A stretch of DNA of 64,000 bases, taken from NCBI GenBank assembly GCA_963741955.1, contig CAVUKB010000007.1:864001-928000 (forward strand), in the 5' to 3' direction. The notes below the pieces were generated by a model. It was not told where the DNA came from. It saw only the letters and a list, made by a program, of their open reading frames with translations, and searched no databases. The stretch's first letter is position 1, and the number at the start of each line of letters is the position of its first letter. Made by a program: the position numbers and the translations under genes. This DNA comes from an uncultured Acidobacteriota bacterium. Its GTDB lineage: Bacteria > Acidobacteriota > Thermoanaerobaculia > Gp7-AA8. Shown here piece by piece: positions 58,371 through 64,000 of the stretch.

Positions 58371-58399
58371 AAGCGGGCCCCGGAATCCGGGACCCGCTT
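58371..58399 (-). terminator. Hairpin after the CsgG-like gene
   Basis: AAGCGGG.CCCGG-aat-CCGGG.CCCGCTT. Confidence 0.5.
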
Positions 58400-58425
58400 C
58401 GAAGAACTTCGAGATTCTCGGGAGA

Positions 58426-59145
58426 TCAGTCGAGCTTGATCGACTTCTTCGTCTTGTCGCGGCGGCTCTTTTCCTTCGCGTTGTACTCGTCCATACAGCT
58501 TCCCTTGTCCACCATCGCGCAGGAGAGATAATCGCTGATCTCGATGATGCAGCCGCGGATCGCTTTTCCGACCGGAGTGTTGTTGTACTTCTCCAGCCCT
58601 CCGCCGAGTCCGTGCGTATATCCGCTCGCGTTCAGGCCATAGCTCGAGGAGCGCGCCTCGACGGTGCGCGTGAACGCGACCTCGCCGGTCGTTGTATCGA
58701 TGACCCGGAGGTCGACCGCCATGTACGCCTCGTCCTTCTTGCCGCCGACGTGGAGTCCCCGGAAGCTCAGACCACCGCCACCACCCTGGGTCTTCTCTTC
58801 GAACGAGCTGACCGTTGCGACGACCAGATACTGCGCTCCGGTCACCTTCCCGATTTTCGCGCCGGTGCTGGCGCTGATCCGTCCGGAAGCCGCGAGATCC
58901 TGTTCGTCGAGAACCGCGTTCAGCTTGTCGCGCTCGACCATTCTGAACTTGTCCGTCGAGGCGAGCTCGTTGGTCAGCATCCCCGCCAGATCGTTCCCCA
59001 CGCCGCCGTACCACCAGCCGGCCGACGTGTCGTTGCGAAACTCCGCGACCGCGAGAGTCGGTTTTCCGGCCGCGGCGCTGATCACCGGAAATGCGAAAAC
59101 GACGACGAGTGAGGCAAGGAGAAGAATCTTCCAATTTCTATTCAT
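58426..59145 (-). CDS. CsgG/HfaB-family exported protein
   Basis: LAVAEF, FRMVER..L..VLDEQ, GAQYLV, VDLRVIDTTTGEV. Confidence 0.85.
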   Translation of the reverse strand: MNRNWKILLLASLVVVFAFPVISAAAGKPTLAVAEFRNDTSAGWWYGGVGNDLAGMLTNELASTDKFRMVERDKLNAVLDEQDLAASGRISASTGAKIGKVTGAQYLVVATVSSFEEKTQGGGGGLSFRGLHVGGKKDEAYMAVDLRVIDTTTGEVAFTRTVEARSSSYGLNASGYTHGLGGGLEKYNNTPVGKAIRGCIIEISDYLSCAMVDKGSCMDEYNAKEKSRRDKTKKSIKLD

Positions 59146-59204
59146 GATGTCTCCTGGTGAGATTTCTGTTCGCGGTGATTCTCTCGCGAGATCGTACCCT
59201 GACT

Positions 59205-59220
59205 TGTGAGATGGATCACC
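59205..59220. promoter_or_regulatory. CRP/FNR-family-like site
   Basis: TGTGA-N6-TCACC about 60 bp upstream of the CsgG-like gene. Confidence 0.45.
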
Positions 59221-59275
59221 ACATTGTAAACCTCCGCTGAACGGAGGTCGATGTCGATTCCGTCACCCGGCCCGG

Positions 59276-60835
59276 TCAGCGCGGCGACGAGACGGGAGCT
59301 CCCAGCCGCGGTTTCGCGCCGGGAAGGATCCCGAGGGGCCGCGGCGCCAGTCTCTCGACCGTCGCACCCTCGTTGCCCTCGACCAGGAGCGCGAGCTGGA
59401 ACGCCCGCACCAGACGGTCCACCCAGCCGCGTGCTTCCCGCTCCTCGAGAGCGCCGAGCTGCTGTTCGATCCCGGCACTTTCCTCGGGAAAATGCCGTTG
59501 GATCCGCTCGAGCATCGGCTTGTGGGCCCCTTCTTTGCGCGCGGCCCGGAGAGTATCGAGGATCAGAATGTTCGTGGTTCCCTCCCAGATCGGCAGGACC
59601 TGCGCATCCCGCAACAGGCGCGGCATGGGCGATTCCTCGATGTAGCCGTTGCCGCCGATCAGTTCCAGCGCCTCGGAGACGATCGGAACCGCCAGCTTTC
59701 CGGTGGTGAGCTTCGCGATCGGAGTGAGGATCCGGAGCAGCAGCGCCGCTTCCGCGTCTCCGCGATCGGCACGTCCGATCGCCTCGACGGCTTCGAACGT
59801 CAGGTACAGCGCTGCGACATGCTCCGCTTCCAGGTCGGCGAGAGTCTCCGCCGCCAACGGATGTTCGACCACCGTCCGCCCGAACGCCCTCCTTCGCTCG
59901 ACGTAATGTTGCGCCTCGGCGATGGCCCGTCCCATCACGGCCACCGAAGCGACGGCATTGTAGAGACGGGAGAGATTCAACATGTCGGTGATCGGTGCGA
60001 ATCCTCCGACCTCCTCTGCAATCGCGTCGGTGAGAGTGACTTCGCCGGTCGGCATGGAGCGGACGCCGAGCTTTTCCTTCAACCGGTCGATGCGAACGCC
60101 GGGATTGTCACGGGTGAGAAGAAGGAACGTTCGAATCCCGCGGGTGCCTGCAGGGCCCCCGTCCGTACGTGCGGTGACCAGCGCTGCTTCCGCATCGACG
60201 TTCGAACAGAACCACTTCAGCCCCGAGAGTCGCCACTGCCCGTCGTCACCACGCCTGGCGATGGCCTCGTTCGCACCGACGTCGGAACCGCCGATGCGCT
60301 CGGTCAGGAACATCGCTCCGGTCCACAGCTCGGGACGATCCTTCGCCGTCAGATGCGGAACCACGCGTTCAATCTGATCGGGAGTTCCGTGCCGCTCGAG
60401 GACGCGCGCGACGCCGTCGGTCATGCAGGCCGGGCAGTAGAGTCCTGCCTCCGCCATCGCGAAGAGATACCCGAGGCCGAATCCGACGAGCTGAACCGAG
60501 TCGGGGTGGTCCCGCCGGACCTGCGGGTCATACTTCATCCCGATCATGCCGGAGCCGTACGCGATCCGCTCCATGGTCCGATACGCGGGATGGTATTCGA
60601 CCCGATCGATCCTTTCACCGCGCGCGTCGAAGCTCACCAGCACCGGCGACTCGCGATCGGCGATCGCAGCGCGCGGCGCCACCTCGACGGCGGCCAGTTT
60701 CCCCATTTCCTCGAACCGCGGTTCTGCCCAGGTGAACTCTTCGGCGCCGAGCTTCCGGAGCAGAATCGCCTGGAGGGTGGGGGAGAGGTGCCAGTAGGAA
60801 TCGGTCAGCGGCGAGGGGATATGCGAGTCGGACAT
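59276..60835 (-). CDS. Acyl-CoA dehydrogenase (AidB-like)
   Basis: [45 protein letters not shown]. Confidence 0.9.
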   Translation of the reverse strand: MSDSHIPSPLTDSYWHLSPTLQAILLRKLGAEEFTWAEPRFEEMGKLAAVEVAPRAAIADRESPVLVSFDARGERIDRVEYHPAYRTMERIAYGSGMIGMKYDPQVRRDHPDSVQLVGFGLGYLFAMAEAGLYCPACMTDGVARVLERHGTPDQIERVVPHLTAKDRPELWTGAMFLTERIGGSDVGANEAIARRGDDGQWRLSGLKWFCSNVDAEAALVTARTDGGPAGTRGIRTFLLLTRDNPGVRIDRLKEKLGVRSMPTGEVTLTDAIAEEVGGFAPITDMLNLSRLYNAVASVAVMGRAIAEAQHYVERRRAFGRTVVEHPLAAETLADLEAEHVAALYLTFEAVEAIGRADRGDAEAALLLRILTPIAKLTTGKLAVPIVSEALELIGGNGYIEESPMPRLLRDAQVLPIWEGTTNILILDTLRAARKEGAHKPMLERIQRHFPEESAGIEQQLGALEEREARGWVDRLVRAFQLALLVEGNEGATVERLAPRPLGILPGAKPRLGAPVSSPR

Positions 60836-60978
60836 GACGGCTCCCTGATGGATATCGTTCGTTTCCCGGATCAATGTATGTTCGTTGTAACGAAATCGCT
60901 AACCAGGATCAACCGCCACCGCGGGGTGGTAAACTCGCGGTCTATCCGATCAATTGATTCGGTAAGAAGGAGGCATCG

Positions 60979-61542
60979 ATGCAACTCATCAGGCGCTCGA
61001 TCCAGTGGGGGATCGTTCCGTTCGCTCTCATCTGTCTGCTCACTCCGGTCCTTGCCTTGGGCGCGGACAAACCCGTCGCGGCAACCAGCGGGGTGCGTGC
61101 CGAGCTGATCGCACACATGCAGACTCTGGAGAACAAGTTCGTGGGTCTGGCCGAGGCAATTCCGCAGGCGAAGTACGACTGGAGACCTGCCCCCGGCGTC
61201 CGTTCCGTATCCGAGGTTTTCGGGCACGTGGCCGGCTCGAATTACATGTTCGCGAAGATGCTCGGGGCCACTCCTCCGGTGGCGGTCAAAGGGGAGAATC
61301 TCGAAAAGGCCATCACTACGCAGAAGGAAGCGGTGGACGCGTTGAAGCAGTCGTTCGCCCTGACGATGGACACGATCCGCAAGATGTCGGACGCCGATCT
61401 GGAGAAGTCGGTGAAGCTCTTCGGACAGGAGATGTCGGCGCGTGCGGTGTTGATCGGCGACATGGGACATCAGAGCGAGCATCTCGGTCAGATGATCGCG
61501 TACGCCCGGATGAACGGAGTCGTTCCTCCCTGGAGCAAGTAG
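60979..61542 (+). CDS. Secreted DinB-family protein
   Basis: Signal peptide; WRPAPGVRS...H, H..EHLGQ...YARMNGVVPPW. Confidence 0.88.
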   Translation: MQLIRRSIQWGIVPFALICLLTPVLALGADKPVAATSGVRAELIAHMQTLENKFVGLAEAIPQAKYDWRPAPGVRSVSEVFGHVAGSNYMFAKMLGATPPVAVKGENLEKAITTQKEAVDALKQSFALTMDTIRKMSDADLEKSVKLFGQEMSARAVLIGDMGHQSEHLGQMIAYARMNGVVPPWSK

Positions 61543-61669
61543 CGTCCGCCGGCTCGCCGCCCGAAACGGGGGCGATTCGTTTCAGCAGGTTGGAAGTCTC
61601 GTCCCGCGGTCCGGCTTCGTGCCGGACCGCTTCGTTTCTGCGCGGATGCCGCTTCGGGCCATTGGGGCC

Positions 61670-61832
61670 AGGAGTCTGCGCGGTAGAAACTGTCCTGCTG
61701 CGAAAGCGGATCAACGGTCCAAATCCGCCCGGATTTTCGGCGAGTAGCCACCGCTACGCACCTCAAATCCGAACGAATTTGGCCTCGTTGCTCCGCTTTC
61801 TCGCTACGGACGTTTCTACCGCGCAGACTCCT
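61670..61832. mobile_element. MITE-like palindromic element, family C
   Basis: Perfect 21-bp TIR AGGAGTCTGCGCGGTAGAAAC / GTTTCTACCGCGCAGACTCCT; CCAG/CTAG at the ends; palindromic interior. Confidence 0.82.
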
Positions 61833-61843
61833 AGGCGGCCAGC

Positions 61844-62824
61844 TCACCTCACCCGTAGCGCGATCTTGCCGAAGTGCTCGCTCCGCTGCATCATCCGGTG
61901 CGCTTCCGCCGCCTGCTCGAGTGGCATCACCCGGTAGATCTCGGGACGGAGTCTTCCATCCTGGAGCGTGGCCCCGAACCGCTCCACGAACGCCGACACG
62001 ATCGACGCCTTCTCCGTCTTCGAGCGACTCCGCAGGGTCGATCCCATCACGTGCAGTCTTCGCGAGAGGAGAAGCGAGAGATCGAGCTCGCCCTTCCGGC
62101 CTCCCATCCCGCCGATGATCACCAGCTTCCCTTCGACGGCGAGAGAGGCGACATTGCGCGAGAGATAGCTCCCACCGACGTGATCGAGGATGACGTTCAC
62201 GCCGTGGCCTCCGGTCTCCCGGCGCACCGCTTCCGCGAAATCTTCCTCGTGGTAATTGAACGCGGCAGTCGCACCGAGCTGGATCGAGCGATCGCACTTC
62301 TCCCAGCTTCCGGCGGTGACGAAGCATCGGAGCTTCGCCTCGCGACAGAGGATGGTCGCGGCGGTTCCGACGCCGCTCCCCCCGCCGTGGACGAGAACCG
62401 AACCTTCCTCCGGCGGCCGGCCGAGGAGGAACAGATTCAGAAACGCAGTGAGGAAGACCTCGGGCATCGCGCCGGCCTCCTCGTAGGGGAGTGTGTCCGG
62501 AATCCGGATCACGGACCCCGCATCGACGACGACCTGCTCCGCGTATCCGCCGCCCGGCAGGAGCGCCATCACGCGGTCGCCGGCGTGGAAGTCTCGAACG
62601 CCCTCGCCGACGCGCGCGACACGACCGGCGCATTCGAGCCCGAGGATCTCCGATGCACCGCGCGGAGGAGGATAGAGTCCCTGTCTCTGTAGAAGGTCCG
62701 CCCGGTTGACTGCCGTGGCGTGCACGTCGATGAGAACTTCACCGGCTGCCGGTTCGGGGGCTGCAACCTGCCCGATGCGGAGGACGGACTCGTCCCCCGG
62801 CTGGGTGATCACGATCGCGCGCAT
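61844..62824 (-). CDS. NAD(P)H-quinone oxidoreductase (PIG3 family)
   Basis: NRADLLQRQGLYPPP, GGGYAE, HGGGSGVG, GSTLRSR. Confidence 0.93.
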   Translation of the reverse strand: MRAIVITQPGDESVLRIGQVAAPEPAAGEVLIDVHATAVNRADLLQRQGLYPPPRGASEILGLECAGRVARVGEGVRDFHAGDRVMALLPGGGYAEQVVVDAGSVIRIPDTLPYEEAGAMPEVFLTAFLNLFLLGRPPEEGSVLVHGGGSGVGTAATILCREAKLRCFVTAGSWEKCDRSIQLGATAAFNYHEEDFAEAVRRETGGHGVNVILDHVGGSYLSRNVASLAVEGKLVIIGGMGGRKGELDLSLLLSRRLHVMGSTLRSRSKTEKASIVSAFVERFGATLQDGRLRPEIYRVMPLEQAAEAHRMMQRSEHFGKIALRVR

Positions 62825-62853
62825 GAGACGCGATATATCACAACCGGCGGTGT

Positions 62854-63255
62854 TCAGCGCGACGACCGCTCCGGAGGCCGGCGACCGTTCATGCAGTCGG
62901 TCACGATGCGGACGAGCTCGTCCCGGCCCACGGGCTTCTGGAGCAATCCGAAGATGTCGCCCTTCTCGACTCCGCGCACCGTCGATTCCGATGCGCCAGT
63001 GAGGACGATGATCCGGGAGAGGAGGGCGGCATGAAGCGCCTTGATCTCGCGCAGCACCTCGAAGCCATTCATGCCGGGCATCAGGAGATCGAGGAGGATC
63101 GTCGCATACGGTTCGGTGCGGATCTTACGGAGGACTTCATCGCCCGACGCGGCGAAGTCTGCGTCGATCCCCTGTCTGGCCAGCTCGATCCCGATCCATG
63201 TGCGGATCGAATCGTCGTCGTCTGCGACCAGCACCCTCCCGCCGGGACCGCTCAT
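62854..63255 (-). CDS. Single-domain response regulator
   Basis: VLVADDD, LLDLLMPGMNG, LTG, KP. Confidence 0.88.
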   Translation of the reverse strand: MSGPGGRVLVADDDDSIRTWIGIELARQGIDADFAASGDEVLRKIRTEPYATILLDLLMPGMNGFEVLREIKALHAALLSRIIVLTGASESTVRGVEKGDIFGLLQKPVGRDELVRIVTDCMNGRRPPERSSR

Positions 63256-63349
63256 CGACACCTCCCCGAAGAAACGTTTTCAACGGTGATGCCGACTTCG
63301 GCCGGAGAGTGTCCCGCAGCGCCAATGTGGGGACCCGGGCGGCCTGCGA

Positions 63350-64000
63350 TCAGTCGGTCCGGAGCGCTTCGATCTTCTGTCGCGTCTGTTCCGCGGGAGT
63401 CTTCGCCCCTTTCGTCGCCTGCCGTTCCCAGCTGCCGTACATCGGGTTCGGCAGCACGATCCAGCGCTCTCCCCAGTAGCCGGGATGTCGCGCGGCAACA
63501 TCGCTCTCGTTCGCGGTTCCGGCGGATGAAACGAAATCGCCGATCGAGTCGCCGCAGAGAAGCAGGATCCGGAACTCTCCTGCGATCGCCGCCCGCCGTT
63601 CGCCCTTGTCGCTCGTCGGAGTCCGGCTCAGCTCACCACGGGTGATGACGTTGTCGACGCCTGTGGAAAGAGGAAATCCGGCGGCGAGGAGATTCTGCCG
63701 GGTCGGCCCCTCTTCACTCCGGTTTCGATTGGTCACGAAAAAGACCATCACGCCGCGGCTTGCCGCATAGCGGGTGAATTCCACTGCCCCCGGAAGAGGT
63801 TTCGCTTTCGCCTCCTCCACCCACGCCGTCCACGTGGCGGGATCGAACGCTTTCCCCTCGCGGACCAGGCGCGCTTCGTACGGTGAATTGTCGAGAACCG
63901 TTTCGTCGATGTCGAGGATCACCGCCGGCGGAAGATCCTGGTAGTCGCCGGTCTGTTCGAGCGCAGCAGTCCACGCCGGATCGGCCAGAGCGCGATCGAG
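63350..64000 (-). CDS. Class C acid phosphatase / 5'-nucleotidase e(P4) family (5' end outside window)
   Basis: DIDETVLDNSPY, VTNR, GD..GDF, LPNPMYGSW; frame open to the window edge. Confidence 0.92.
   Translation of the reverse strand, partial: LDRALADPAWTAALEQTGDYQDLPPAVILDIDETVLDNSPYEARLVREGKAFDPATWTAWVEEAKAKPLPGAVEFTRYAASRGVMVFFVTNRNRSEEGPTRQNLLAAGFPLSTGVDNVITRGELSRTPTSDKGERRAAIAGEFRILLLCGDSIGDFVSSAGTANESDVAARHPGYWGERWIVLPNPMYGSWERQATKGAKTPAEQTRQKIEALRTD

Noticed and set aside
1-64000. CRISPR array, prophage, integrase or defence island
   Set aside because: No regularly spaced repeats and no cas, phage, nuclease or recombinase motifs recognised

Overview
High-GC bacterial chromosomal window with about 55 protein-coding genes. 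An Acidobacteriota-type origin is inferred from gene content (Oar-type TonB-dependent receptor, DUF885, secreted DinB, PilZ). No rRNA, tRNA, CRISPR array or transposase was recognised. Housekeeping and transport genes include a POT transporter, murB, Rrf2-sbp-cysTWA, malic enzyme, an OPT transporter, prolyl oligopeptidase and a cold-shock protein. Five regions stand out. (1) A three-gene type IV/T2SS minor-pilin cassette (PilX/GspK-, PilV/GspI- and PilW/GspJ-like) whose V/I-like subunit is 1155 aa, preceded by a ~100-nt structured RNA bounded by a promoter and a terminator. (2) A rubrerythrin with a signal peptide plus a DUF2231-like membrane protein behind a complete sigma54 promoter, divergent from a kinase/NtrC-type/EAL operon. 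(3) A TonB-dependent receptor-SDR-atypical KAS III-acyl-CoA ligase cluster. (4) Interlocking palindromic MITE-like or structured repeats, including a 179-bp element present twice. (5) A probable 46-aa ORF missed by the ORF track. All functional calls are by motif recognition; no searches were run.
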